Source: an uncultured Hyphomicrobiales bacterium
GTDB taxonomy: Bacteria; Bacteroidota; Ignavibacteria; Kapaibacteriales; UBA2268
Length of the DNA stretch: 64,000 nucleotides
Direction of reading: 5' to 3'
Assembly: GCA_964544155.1 (NCBI GenBank)
Contig: CAZJAH010000004.1
Location: 72,646 to 136,645 of the forward strand
The notes beneath the pieces are model-generated. The model was not told where the DNA came from. It worked only from the letters and a program-made list of their open reading frames with translations, and searched no databases. The first letter of the stretch is position 1. Each line of letters starts with the position of its first letter. Positions 1 through 14,100 of this stretch are shown piece after piece. The position numbers and the translations under genes are program-made.

Positions 1-1
1 T

Positions 2-175
2 GCACCTGAAGAATTTTTCGAGTTGAAGAAAGCCGCTGATCCTGAAATGACAAGGAGCCAAATGATTGAAAAAGCAGGCCATACTTACGGCAGCGGCCAC
101 CCGATGAAGCATGTTTCGGAATCATTGAAAAAGGCTTTAAATGAAACACTGGAATTTTTGGAACTGAATGATTAG
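2..175 (+). CDS. 3' end of an upstream gene (C-terminal ~57 aa, ...KAGHTYGSGHPMKHVSESLKKALNETLEFLELND*); product not recognised
   Basis: Open frame runs from the window edge to a TAG stop at 173-175. No motif recognised. Confidence 0.3.
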   Translation, partial: APEEFFELKKAADPEMTRSQMIEKAGHTYGSGHPMKHVSESLKKALNETLEFLELND

Positions 176-593
176 AATAATACTTTACATAATTTTTTTG
201 GCTATTCTGAACAGCTGTGAGCTGATAGTTATAGGTACAAAATACTCAAAGCAGGAAATCTTCAATATTGACCAGACCTCTGCTATAGGAACTGTATATC
301 TTTTTAAAACTGAGCTTGACAGCAATAATATTTCCGCAGCTACCCAACTGCTGGCCGATTCCGCCGGATACAAATATTTGGCCATTGAAAAATACGAAAT
401 GCGTTACGAAATAGCCCGGGTGAAACGCCTTATTGGAGATATGCCTATTACTCTTGTCAGAACTGATACGCTGACTAATCACTCTCAAAAGATCAATGTG
501 GAATTTGATTATCTGAAGCGTATGAGCTTCCGCACCGAAATGATTGACAGCGCCTGGTATATAGTCTCCTACGATGAAGCCGATTTCAATTGA
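168..593 (+). CDS. hypothetical small lipoprotein (141 aa)
   Basis: Hydrophobic N-terminus ending in a lipobox-like ILNSC. No recognisable domain. Confidence 0.4.
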   Translation: MIRIILYIIFLAILNSCELIVIGTKYSKQEIFNIDQTSAIGTVYLFKTELDSNNISAATQLLADSAGYKYLAIEKYEMRYEIARVKRLIGDMPITLVRTDTLTNHSQKINVEFDYLKRMSFRTEMIDSAWYIVSYDEADFN

Positions 594-826
594 ATTAGCT
601 GACAATATCAATTTCATAATTTTTTGAAGGGCATGTTATTGTTTCAGGATAACAGCCCTGCTTCATATAGAATGAATCTGCTTATTCATTTCTTTCCACC
701 ACTTATCATCTAGTTCATCTATTATGTCAAGATCATGATTAATATAAATAAAATCAATAATCTGTACAAAATAAGCTGCCCCCTATATATTAAGGAACAG
801 CTTTTCAAATATAATAATTAAAAATT

Positions 827-3158
<2,332 letters not shown>

Positions 3159-3269
3159 AAAATGCGATAACTTTTATTTACGGTATTCTAAAAAAAATGC
3201 CGGTTAATATATGAAAATAAATAAGAAAAAAACAAAAAAAGGATTAATGAATTTTTTTTATTAAAAATT

Positions 3270-4364
3270 TCATTTTGCTAAAGGAAATGTTACCGTGAAG
3301 GTAATGCATTTACCGGGTGTGCCCGAAACTTCAAAAGTTCCGTTAAAGAAATCGACGATTTTTTTGACAAGGGCAATGCCCAGGCCTAAGCCTTGCTGCT
3401 CGAACCTGTTGCGGTCGAACTGCATGAATGCGCCCAGTTTGCGGATGTCTTTTTCTGTCATGCCGCGGCCGGCATTAGATACTTCGAGCTTGTATTTCTT
3501 TCCGCTTACAATCCCTTTGACAGCCACGTTCTCTCCCGCTCTTGAGAATTTAAAGGCATTATCAACAAGCTCTTCAACTGCTTTAAGGAAAAATTTTTCT
3601 TCTACCGCAACGGGGTGGTCTTCAATGTGGTATTTAAGATCATCAGCGCGTCCGTATTTGTACGCAAGTTCGTACATTTGCTCATTAATAAGCACTTCAA
3701 CGTGTTTCGTAATACTGTCTTTTCTTATGTAAGCCTGTTCATTCTTGTCGGTGAGCGAAATATAATATGTGTAATTAACTATAAGCCTGAGCAGCCTTAT
3801 GCCTGAATCATGGATATCATCAAGCATTTTCTCAATTTCTGCTTTTGATAATTTATTAAGGCTGTTTTTCATTATTTGAGTAAATCCCAAGATGGAATTC
3901 AGAGGTGTGCGCATTTCATGGGGCAGCGCGTTAGTAACGTTTTGCCTTAATTCATCCAGCTTGTCAGAATATAGCTTTTCGATTTTCGAGTGTTTCTTAA
4001 GCCTTGTCTCGACTGCACTTAGTATATCCTTATTCTCAAATGGTTTGGTTATGTAATCGTCAGCTCCGAGGTCCATACCGCGCCGCAGGTCTTCTCTTTC
4101 AGCTTTCGCCGATAAAAACAGAAACGGGATGGAGTAAGTTGCCGGGTCATTCTTTAAAGTATCCAACACTTCATAACCGTCCATACCTGGCATCATTATA
4201 TCGCAGATTATGAGGTCGGGAATATTAGCTTTGGCATGTTTAATACCGACTTTCCCGCTTCTGGCGGCAATCACTTTATACCCTTTTAATTCAAGGACAT
4301 CCTCGATATTATCTATTACATCGGGATCATCTTCAATTATTAGTATTTTTTTTGTTTCTTTCAT
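3270..4364 (-). CDS. hybrid response-regulator/histidine kinase (REC - HisKA - HATPase_c)
   Basis: N-terminal receiver (IIEDDPDV...DLIICDIMMPGMDG...ADDYITKPF). H-box HEMRTPLNSILGF. G-boxes in the C-terminus (GLGLGIALVKK). The likely start is the ATG at 4364, since the listed 4367 is TTG. Overlaps the upstream kinase gene by ~32 nt. Confidence 0.8.
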   Translation of the reverse strand: MKETKKILIIEDDPDVIDNIEDVLELKGYKVIAARSGKVGIKHAKANIPDLIICDIMMPGMDGYEVLDTLKNDPATYSIPFLFLSAKAEREDLRRGMDLGADDYITKPFENKDILSAVETRLKKHSKIEKLYSDKLDELRQNVTNALPHEMRTPLNSILGFTQIMKNSLNKLSKAEIEKMLDDIHDSGIRLLRLIVNYTYYISLTDKNEQAYIRKDSITKHVEVLINEQMYELAYKYGRADDLKYHIEDHPVAVEEKFFLKAVEELVDNAFKFSRAGENVAVKGIVSGKKYKLEVSNAGRGMTEKDIRKLGAFMQFDRNRFEQQGLGLGIALVKKIVDFFNGTFEVSGTPGKCITFTVTFPLAK

Positions 4365-7300
4365 CAACTGAATTAATTGGTAAAACTATTGAAAAAACTG
4401 ATCCTCTGCCCTTTTTGCTTTCGACAAGTATACCTGCACCGATCTTATCGGCACAGGTCTTAACTATTGACAGACCGATTCCTGAACCGGTTATGGCGCT
4501 GACTTCTTCGCTCCTTCTGAAGGGTTCGAAGAGTTTCTGAATATCGTTTTCAGAGATTCCGATTCCCCGGTCTTTAACTGACAGTTGTAGTTCCCTATTA
4601 TTTTTCTTAATATCGACAAGCACCTCTTTTCCCGGATCCGAATATTTGCAGGCATTTGACAGAATATTGCTCAAGATATGGTATAGCAGGTTGGGGTCGG
4701 TTTTAAGTGTGACCTTTTCACCGGGCTCGTTCAAAATTATTTCATGGCGGTGGCGGTCAGTAATAGTAATTTCTTCAATAACGCCCAGAACAAGTTCATT
4801 GATGTCAGTGAGCTGTTCTTTATAAGCCAGCCTTCCTGCTTCGCTTTTGCCATATGTGAGTACGTTTTCGAGCATTCTTACCATATTTCTTGTAGAATGC
4901 CTTATTTTATCGAGATGCTTGATGAATTTTTCTCTGTTATCGGTATCAAAGAAGTTTTCAAGCAGGTTTGCCGATGATAAAATAACGCTTAGCGGTGTGC
5001 GGTATTCATGCGAAACGGTAGTAATGAACTGCGATTTCAGCTCATTTAGTTCTTTCTCTCTCTCGAACGCCACCGCCATATCCTGCTGTGCTTTAAGCAA
5101 ATGCTCTTCTGTTTTCTTTCTGGCCATGATTTCGAATCTCAGCTCCTGAAGGGTTTCTTCGAGTTGGCTTGTACGGGTTTTAACTCGGCTTTCCAGTTCC
5201 TTGTTGAGCATTTGTATTTCCAGCTCGGCGTGCTTTCTTGTAGTTATATCACTCATTACTGTCACGAATTTGTCTGCCGAAACCATGAATGCCGTCAGAA
5301 GCAGCCATTTACCAAAAGATTTAACATATAATTCCCTGCTGTGGCTTTTGCCTTTTGAAATTTTTTCAAAAAATTCATCAAGAAGCAGGGAATTAATATC
5401 AAATTCATTCAATAGGGTTCTTGCGTCGGTACCTTTAACTTCGTTTGTGCTCAGGCCTGTCATTTTCAAATAAGCTTCATTAACTTCTCTGACGATAGCG
5501 TTAGAAGGATTCCCATTATTATCATAAACAATTTCCTGCAGCAATATACCGTCAGCCATATTCTCAAATAATGAGCGGTATTTTTCTTCAGCCTGTTTGA
5601 TCAATGTGATATCTCTTGCCGAGCACAAAATTGAAGTAATCCTGTTTTTGGTATTGAATTCAGGTATCAAGTGCCACTCGAATATTTTGCTTTTTAGCTG
5701 TATGATCCTTATTAGAGGCTTTTGAGTACTGAAGACCCTTTCGGCTGTTTCTTTGAATTTCCGCAGGAATTCTTCTTCGAGGCCCAGCATGTTCAGCTTG
5801 TCATTCCTGAAGCTTTTAATATCGATTCCCAGTACATCTATACCTGCCGAATTAACGTACTCTATTCTGAGCTCTTTATCAAAGCGGGTGATTATATCGG
5901 GAGTGTTTTCGGTTAATATCCGGTATTTTTTTTCGCTTTCACGGATAGCTATTTCAGAGATTTTACTTTCGGTAATATCGCTCACATAAAAGGCCAGCAT
6001 CCACTCATCATTTTTTCCGATAGAGAATATGTGTGTATGAAGATATTTGAACATGCCGTTTCTGAGCAGAAGCTCTCTTTCGAATGTTGCATCAACATTT
6101 TTTTGGTTTTCAAAAATATTTTTAAAATCTATCGTGGCGAATACATCCTCATTACCTTCTATGGGCCTGCAGTTGGTATCGAAATCCTCAACTAAAGTAC
6201 CGAGCATATTATCCCGTGGCATATCGAATATATGTTCCATGCCCGGATTCCATTCGGTTATGATGCCGTTGGAATCGGCGAGCATTATGCCGCCGGGTAT
6301 TTGTTCCACTACAGTTCTGAACTTGTGTTCGCTTTTAATTAGCGCTTCGGCAGAAAGCTTGCTTTTAGTGATATCCCTGGCAACGATTGTCAGCCCCGCG
6401 AATTCACCGCTGCTGTCTAATCGTGGGGATATCTTAGCGTTATACCAGAGAACACCGTCTTCGACTTCTATATGATATTCAAATTCTTTAACTTCTCCTG
6501 AGTCATAGACATTTTTTATACATTCACTAAGCCTTGTGCCTATTTCGGGGGGTAAAACATCTGCGTAATGTTTCCCTAAGAAAAATTCCGGCGGTGCTAT
6601 CAGGGCACCTGCGTAATTCGGCTGGAAATAATTTATAAAAACACCGTTCCGGTCCAGCACAAAAACAAGGTCATCCATTGACATAATAGTTGACCTCAGC
6701 TGTTCTTCACTCTCCCGGAGCGCGGTCTTAAGGCCTTCGATGTCGCTAATATCGAGTATTATGCCTCTAATCCCTGAGAAAATGCCGTTTTGAATTATGG
6801 AATTAATATAAAGAATTACAGGAAATATGTTGGCATGCTTTGATACGGCGCTGTATTCGGATGCTATGGTTTGTTTGTGGCCCTGATGTGCTAATTTTTT
6901 AAAATTTTCGAGGATAGAATTTCTCTGAGTGCTGGCAAACAGCTCCCAAAATCCTGCTTTTGATTTAATCTGATCTTCGGTGTAATTAAATCTGCCGAGT
7001 CCGAAAATATTCATATACGATATCCGGCCATTCTCATCAGTTTCGAAAACTGCCTGTGGCAGCATATTGATCAGGTCTTTATATTGTTCGCGGCTTTGGC
7101 TAAGCTTCCCGCTTATCATATTTTTTTCGGTAACATCCCACATGGTACACATGATCCCAACCAGCTCAGATCTGTTGAAGATGGGCGATTTATAAAAAAC
7201 AAAATCTCTTTCTTCCTTATCGGACATTCGTACTTTGCTTTCATAGACCAGGGTTTTGAGCTTGTTTAGTATTTCGAGGTCATGGCTGTAATAAACCATA

Positions 7301-7818
7301 GCCAGTTCTTCACCATATTTATTCTTTAAATCAAGTGGAGTTTTACCGAGTATTTCCGCTTTATCCATCCCGAGCATATCCCGGGAAAAACGTTTGTTAC
7401 AGCCGATATATCTTGCTTTAGTATCCTTGTAAAACACCGGCGCGGGTATTAAGTCTAGAATTTTATCCAGATGAGCCCTGCTTGTATCGTTAAGGTCAGG
7501 TAGAAATACTCTTTCCTGCAGTTCATCATTAATGGCTTTCACCGCTTTGAGGAATAATGCTGATGTGGCTTCTTCAGGGCTGGCTTCTAAGAGAGGTTTT
7601 TTATTAATTTCATAAAGTTCTTTATTCCCTATTGTAATATATTCATGAGAACAACCGTTAAGATTTTTTACAACAGGCTGTGTTAACAAAAAAACACCGG
7701 GCATATCGGGATTGTAATTATCCCCGAGTGAAACGCTGATACCATGATCCCGCAATTTTTCGGCAAGCCCGGAGAGCATTTGGCTGCTATCAGATAATAT
7801 CAACAGCTGTTTTGTCAT
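4333..7818 (-). CDS. multi-PAS sensor histidine kinase (1161 aa)
   Basis: Several PAS/PAC-like segments, a coiled-coil, H-box SHEYRTPLSVILSSANLL, HATPase motifs (DRGIGISENDIQKLFEPF, GSGIGLSIVK). No transmembrane region obvious, so probably cytoplasmic. Confidence 0.8.
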   Translation of the reverse strand: MTKQLLILSDSSQMLSGLAEKLRDHGISVSLGDNYNPDMPGVFLLTQPVVKNLNGCSHEYITIGNKELYEINKKPLLEASPEEATSALFLKAVKAINDELQERVFLPDLNDTSRAHLDKILDLIPAPVFYKDTKARYIGCNKRFSRDMLGMDKAEILGKTPLDLKNKYGEELAMVYYSHDLEILNKLKTLVYESKVRMSDKEERDFVFYKSPIFNRSELVGIMCTMWDVTEKNMISGKLSQSREQYKDLINMLPQAVFETDENGRISYMNIFGLGRFNYTEDQIKSKAGFWELFASTQRNSILENFKKLAHQGHKQTIASEYSAVSKHANIFPVILYINSIIQNGIFSGIRGIILDISDIEGLKTALRESEEQLRSTIMSMDDLVFVLDRNGVFINYFQPNYAGALIAPPEFFLGKHYADVLPPEIGTRLSECIKNVYDSGEVKEFEYHIEVEDGVLWYNAKISPRLDSSGEFAGLTIVARDITKSKLSAEALIKSEHKFRTVVEQIPGGIMLADSNGIITEWNPGMEHIFDMPRDNMLGTLVEDFDTNCRPIEGNEDVFATIDFKNIFENQKNVDATFERELLLRNGMFKYLHTHIFSIGKNDEWMLAFYVSDITESKISEIAIRESEKKYRILTENTPDIITRFDKELRIEYVNSAGIDVLGIDIKSFRNDKLNMLGLEEEFLRKFKETAERVFSTQKPLIRIIQLKSKIFEWHLIPEFNTKNRITSILCSARDITLIKQAEEKYRSLFENMADGILLQEIVYDNNGNPSNAIVREVNEAYLKMTGLSTNEVKGTDARTLLNEFDINSLLLDEFFEKISKGKSHSRELYVKSFGKWLLLTAFMVSADKFVTVMSDITTRKHAELEIQMLNKELESRVKTRTSQLEETLQELRFEIMARKKTEEHLLKAQQDMAVAFEREKELNELKSQFITTVSHEYRTPLSVILSSANLLENFFDTDNREKFIKHLDKIRHSTRNMVRMLENVLTYGKSEAGRLAYKEQLTDINELVLGVIEEITITDRHRHEIILNEPGEKVTLKTDPNLLYHILSNILSNACKYSDPGKEVLVDIKKNNRELQLSVKDRGIGISENDIQKLFEPFRRSEEVSAITGSGIGLSIVKTCADKIGAGILVESKKGRGSVFSIVLPINSVDERNKKNTNN

Positions 7819-8171
7819 GATAATTTTCTTTGAAACAATGTAATATTAATTTTGTTATTAAAAATAAATACCGGACAGGCCTTTGTTATTTATCGGCCAA
7901 TATACAAAATTGATAATAATTATGCGTGAAATTTAAAATATATTGCACAAGGCATTGAAATATATTAAATTTAAGTTTTGTGAAACCATACAAAAAGGAT
8001 ATTTATCGAAAATTGCTGCTACTTTTTATGTTTTAAAGATTTAAAGACCCGGTAAAAATAATTTCCGGGCGATAAAAATAGGTTATTTTTGTATTTACCT
8101 GATTCATTCAGGACGGTTGATAAAATACGATGTATATTGTCTTAAATTTTTTATTTTGGTTTAATGATTAA
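7819..8171. promoter_or_regulatory. AT-rich divergent promoter region between the kinase operon (-) and sprA (+)
   Basis: 353-bp non-coding, very AT-rich. Contains a TAnnTTTG-like element (ttattttgg) about 20 nt upstream of the sprA start. Confidence 0.4.
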
Positions 8172-11100
8172 TTGAGCGGCAGTTTTTATATAATATTCTC
8201 AAAGCTGTTATTATGGGCTTTGCTTATTACTCTCAGCAGTAATTTTCTCTACTCACAGGATGAAAGCCTGTTCCGCGTAGATGAATCACTATTTGATGGC
8301 GATACTGTCAGGCAAACCAGGCTTCGCTTCTTAAAAGCTCCTGATATCAAAAGGCTCGATCCGGGATATAGATTCGATAATAAGCGAATACCTCCGGGAT
8401 ATGAACGAAATTATGCAATCGATACAGCCAAAGGTACTTACCACTTTAGCGAACAAATAGAAGGCATAGATATTACGCCTGAATATGAGATTGGGCTGAA
8501 TGAGTATCTCTTAAAGAGGAAAGAGCAGATCCAGGAGCAAACCTGGGATTCACTCATTACAAGATATGATATCAAGAAAGCTCTCTCCGGGGGAGATCTG
8601 GCGCGGCTTATGGCGCAGTCAACCGGCCTTACGATTCCTCTGCCGCCAAACCCGCTTATGGGCATTTTCGGCAAGCCTGAGATAAGCATCAATGTTAACG
8701 GTGAAGTTAACCTCAGAGTGGGCTGGCGATGGGATTCGCAAAATCTGGGTACTGTATCGGCTTTCGGCCAGACTCAGTCTTCGCCTTTGTTCCATCAGGA
8801 TATAAGGGTGCAGGTAAACGGCCGTATAGGCGATAAACTCAAGCTGAATACCGACTGGAACACCAGAAGGACATTTGACTATGATAATAAATTCAAAGTC
8901 GGTTATGAAGGCTACGACGACGATATAATTAAACTTGTGGAAGTTGGCAACGTTTCTCTACCGCTAAATTCTTCACTTATCGGGGGCGGACAGGCGCTTT
9001 TCGGGGTAAGAGCAGATTTTCAGTTCGGGCCGCTTTTCCTGAAAACACTTTTCTCGCAAAGAAGAGGGCAAAGAAAATTCGTTGATGTCAGGGGCGGGGT
9101 CAGCAAGCAGCAGTTCTCCATAAGAGCTTATGACTGGTCTAAAAACCACTTTTTCCTCGATCTTTCTTACAAAGATGTTTATAAGGAATATTTCCAGTAT
9201 TCTACACCTGTAACACCTTCATCAAGGCTGGCGGATTCGTTAAGGATAGGCAGAATCGAAGTCTGGGAAGCGCAGGTTGACCAGAAAAACCCCCACCAAT
9301 CAGCATCCGTTGCGATTGCCGACCTGCGCGGCGTACGAAGGGAAATGGATGAGAACTACGGGCCGGCTGAAAAAAATGCTACCATAGAAACCGGAAGGGT
9401 TGCCCGCGGTAATTTCATTAGGCTCGATTCAATGCGCTATGATGTTGACTATAACCTTGGCACCCTTACCATAGAAAACCTTAGGCCGGACAGGTACTAT
9501 GCCGTAAGTTATAAGATAGAAGGCGCCACCGACGATAACATTGATGATGTATATTTCGGAACATTTGCCAATGAAATTGGCCGGGGCGATACGCTCTTGC
9601 TTAAACTTGTATATCATCCTAATATGCAGCCCGGATTCGGCGTTCTTTGGGACAGGCAGATGAAAAACATTTACTCCATAAACGCATCGAACGTAAATAT
9701 TAATGAAACAAGTGTCAATCTCTGGTATATCAGGCAGTCTAATGATTCGACGGATGTTCTCGAAGGTGCTCCCGATAAGCTGGTAACTATATTCGGTGTC
9801 GACCAGGTGAATAATTCAACAGGTAATGCCCCTCCTGACGGAGTATTTGATTTAAAGCCCCCATTTTTTAATCCAATAACGGGCGAAATCACTTTTCCCC
9901 ATCCGGAACCTTTTGACTCTCTTTTGATAGAGTATTTTACAGAGCTTGGCAATCCCGAGCTTGCAAACCAATACAGGTTTCCTGATGTTTATGATACTAC
10001 TTACGATATTGCAGCCAGAAATACATCAAGGGACAGGTTCGTAATATCCGGCGAAGTATCGGGACGTCAGACCAACAGGATATCGCTCGGATCCTTCAAT
10101 CTTTCTCCGGGAAGCGTAAGGGTAACTCTGGACGGCGTGCCATTAAGAGAGTTTGAAGATTACATTGTGGATTATTACTCAGGGACTTTGACCCTAAGAA
10201 ATCCCAGGGCTACACTGCCAAACGCGAATCTCAAGATAGAATACGAACAGCAGGACATATTTAATATTTCGACCCGTACCCTGATGGGCCTGCGGGCTGA
10301 TTATAATATATTAAAATCGCGGCACGCTAATGCCGGATTAGGCATGACTCTAATGCACTATGACCAGTCGGCGCTCATAGATAGGGTAAGGCTGGGCGAA
10401 GAGCCGGTATCGAATACCATGCTAGGATTCGACGGTACATTTAACTGGGATACACCCTGGCTCACTAAATTGATAGACTTGCTGCCTTTTTACGACACAA
10501 AGGCCAAATCATCTATCACGGCAAGAGCCGAATGGGCGCTGATGCTCCCGAATCCGAATAAAAGAACATCCGAGATAAGCTCCGATCAAGGCGAATCTGT
10601 TGTTTACATAGATGATTTCGAAGGAGCGCAAAGATATATTTCCCTCGGGCTTAACGCCACACAGTGGCAGCATTCATCGCAGCCTACCGATACAACATTA
10701 TGGCCCAACGCGGAGGACGCTTCCTTATACAGAGGTAAGCTCTTCTGGTACCAGTATTTTATTCCGAGGGTCAGGCTGCGTGATGTTTATCCAAATAATA
10801 AAACATACCAGACAGGTAATCAAAACATCAATCCGCTCGAGATCACTTTCGACCCGGATCGTCGCGGTATATATAACAGGAATTTTGAATATCTGGAAGA
10901 AGACCATCCGGGATATCAGGAAGGAAGTCCTGTATTTTCTCAGCAGCCTGAAAACAGGCGAAAGATCTGGGGCGGTATGATGAGGCTCTTTTCGGCCTTT
11001 AATACCAATTTCGATACAGAAAATATCGAGTTTGTTGAGATCATGCTTAAAATAAATCAATGGGAACCCGGCAATACCAAGATGTTTGTGGATATAGGGC

Positions 11101-14100
11101 AGATCAGCGAAGATATTATTCCCAATAACTCACTCGATACAGAAGATGGAATTACCGAGGATAATACTTATCCGAATAATATTATCGATGCCGGCGAAGA
11201 TAGAGGTATAGATGCGATACTTGATAATGTGGAAAAGGAAACCTATCCTGAGCCGCTTAACCTTGAAGATGATCCCGCGAGGGATAATTATGCATTTGAT
11301 TTTTATAAAGATGACAGAGAACGCGATGAAAATGATTTTGTAAATTATAATAATTTTGAAGGTAATTCTACAATTTCGGAATTAGGCCAGTTTCCGGATA
11401 CAGAAATACTTAACAAAAGTAACGGTCAGTCCATATCACTCGCTAATGATTATTTTGTTTATGAAATAAATCTTGAGCCCGATCCGAATATCAACACACA
11501 GATAGTCGGCGGGAACCCTGATAAGGGCTGGTTTCTATATAGGATTCCCATCAGGAAACCCAGCTACAGGGTGGGTAATCCCCTGTTTTCACATATTCAA
11601 TATGTAAGAGTAAGGTTCCAGGGCGGTATCTTCCGCGGGCAGATCGCCGATTGGCGGCTTGTCGGCTCGCAATGGCAGAGAATAAGCAATTTCCAAAATG
11701 TACCCCCTGATGACAGCGTACTGTCTTTGGCTTTTGTCAATCTGTGGGAAAACGCCGGCCCGCCCGATTTTTATGAAATGCCTCCGGGAGTAAGTGCCCC
11801 CAGGCAGCTTAATAATCCCGACCCAACGCAGGATATAAGGATGAATGAGCAGTCTCTTGCCATCAGCGTGAAAAATTTAAAACCCAGTGAGGAGAGAATG
11901 GCAACGAGAATTTTCAGGCCTCTAGACTTATTCTTTTACAAAAAACTTAAGTTTTTTATACACGGGGACGGCACAATGCCTGGAAGCGTAATGCCGGGAG
12001 CAAAACCCCAGGCGTATGCCTTCGTAAGATTCGGTATCGATTCCAGCAACTATTACGAATACCGCAGGCCGCTAATCAGAGGATGGCAGGATATTTCTAT
12101 CGACCTTGCTAAATTAACTTCAATAAAGCAGATTAGGGATACTTCCAATTTGTTTGAAAGGCAAATTATCGGAATTGAAGGCGACGATCTCGGATATTTC
12201 GCGATCAAAGGCAGCCCTATACTTACCAGAGTACAGTTCTTCGGATTTGGTATAGCCAACGAATCCGAAAATTTCCAGGAACTCGAGGCTACAATGTGGG
12301 TAAACGAATTAAGGCTGGTGGAAGCTGAAGACGGCGCTGATTGGGCAGGCGTCGCCAGCGTTGATATGCAGCTTGCAGATATTGGTTCTATTAACGCCAG
12401 CTTCAGGAATTCTCAACCTAATTTCCACAGCCTGGAAGAACGCTTTGGTAATAGAAAAACCACTACCGACTGGTCTGTATCCATGCAGGGCAATCTTGAT
12501 AAATTCGCGCCTAAATCGTTCCAGTCAATGAAACTGCCAATCAATTATACACATACCGAGTTTATGGAAGACCCGGAATTTGTCGCCAATAGTGATGTTA
12601 ATATTGAAGAAGCCGCGAACGCGGCTTACAGACAGGCTTATGACAGAGCCATAGATAATGGCGCGAGCCCCGATGAAGCAGACAGAATAGGTGACCTGGC
12701 AAGGGAGGAAATACTCATGAGCTCTCAAACTATGAAAGTGCAGGACAGCTGGGCTATGACCGGTGTTAAACTCGGCCTTCCGATTAAGAACTGGTTAATA
12801 GATGACACTTTTAATAAAATAACCATCGGCTATTCTTACTCGCAGGAGTACGAACGGTCTTATCTGTATGAAAAACGCTTCAACTGGATGTGGAGGCTGA
12901 CTTTAGAGTATTCTGTTCCTATTTCGGAATTATTAACCCTTAAACCTCTCGGCTGGGCGGAAAATGTTCCCATACTCGGCACTTACAGCGGGCTTAAGCT
13001 GAACTTCCTGCCAAACAACTTCTCGGCCGGGCTTAACATGACCCGTAGAAGGCAAACCGAGAAATCGCGTTACCTGGACTTTGCCAGCCCTGTGATACGC
13101 GACTTTACAGCTAACAGAACAGCCCAGATACAATGGAAATTATCTGAAGGCGGATTTCTTAACCCGGCGTTCGATTATACCATGAATTCGTATAGCACAT
13201 TGGTACCCTTTGAATTTGATGAAAACGGAATGCAGAGAACCGGTAGTGAAATAGCCAATGCCATATTTTTTAATGACGGGCAGCTAATTGATTTCGGAAA
13301 AAACACACAGCATACACAAACTGTTAACATTAATCTTCAGCCAAGAATACCGGATGTTGGCGGCATTAATAATTACCTGGATATTACCGGTTCATTTAAT
13401 ACCACATATAATTGGCAGGACCCCCTGCAGCCGGATCCGAGGATCAGGGATGTTGCCAAAAATGCCAGCTGGAATAATTCGATCCGTTTTAATGCCGGGC
13501 TTAGACTTAAGAGCATGGCTGACAACTGGTTCGGTGTGCAGCCGCCTCCAAGGCGGCCTGGTATGGGCAGAGGCAGGCAGGCCGAGCCTGACACAGCAAA
13601 AAGTGCTGAGTCTAAAAGCTTCACTGAATCGCTGGGGCTGGGATTAAAAACAATTTTCCTGGATTGGGAAAAACTTGATTTCATCTTCAATCAGACTAAT
13701 TCTTCCATGAATCCCGGCGTATTCGGGGGTAACGGCCTGACAAACTTCTGGGGACGCGGAATGACTTTCCGCGAAAGCCAAAATACTTACGGGCCGAGTT
13801 TTGCGTATCAATTAGGGCTTATATCCAATCCGCACGGTGGTTTTAATTTCGTTCCTTCGGGGAGCTTCCCATGGTTTGCTTTTGATTCATATACCGGGCT
13901 TAGGCCGCCAAACGCAGTTATGCAGGATAATTATTCCCAGCAGACTACTTTTGAGATAAAGACTACAAGGCAGCTTTGGGAGGGAGCGGACCTCGACTTA
14001 AACTGGTCGACCTCGCTGGGATACAGCCGCGATCAGACTGTCGTTACCGATGAATTCGGTGTACCGACATTTAAGAATATCATCGCAATGGAAAACCTGA

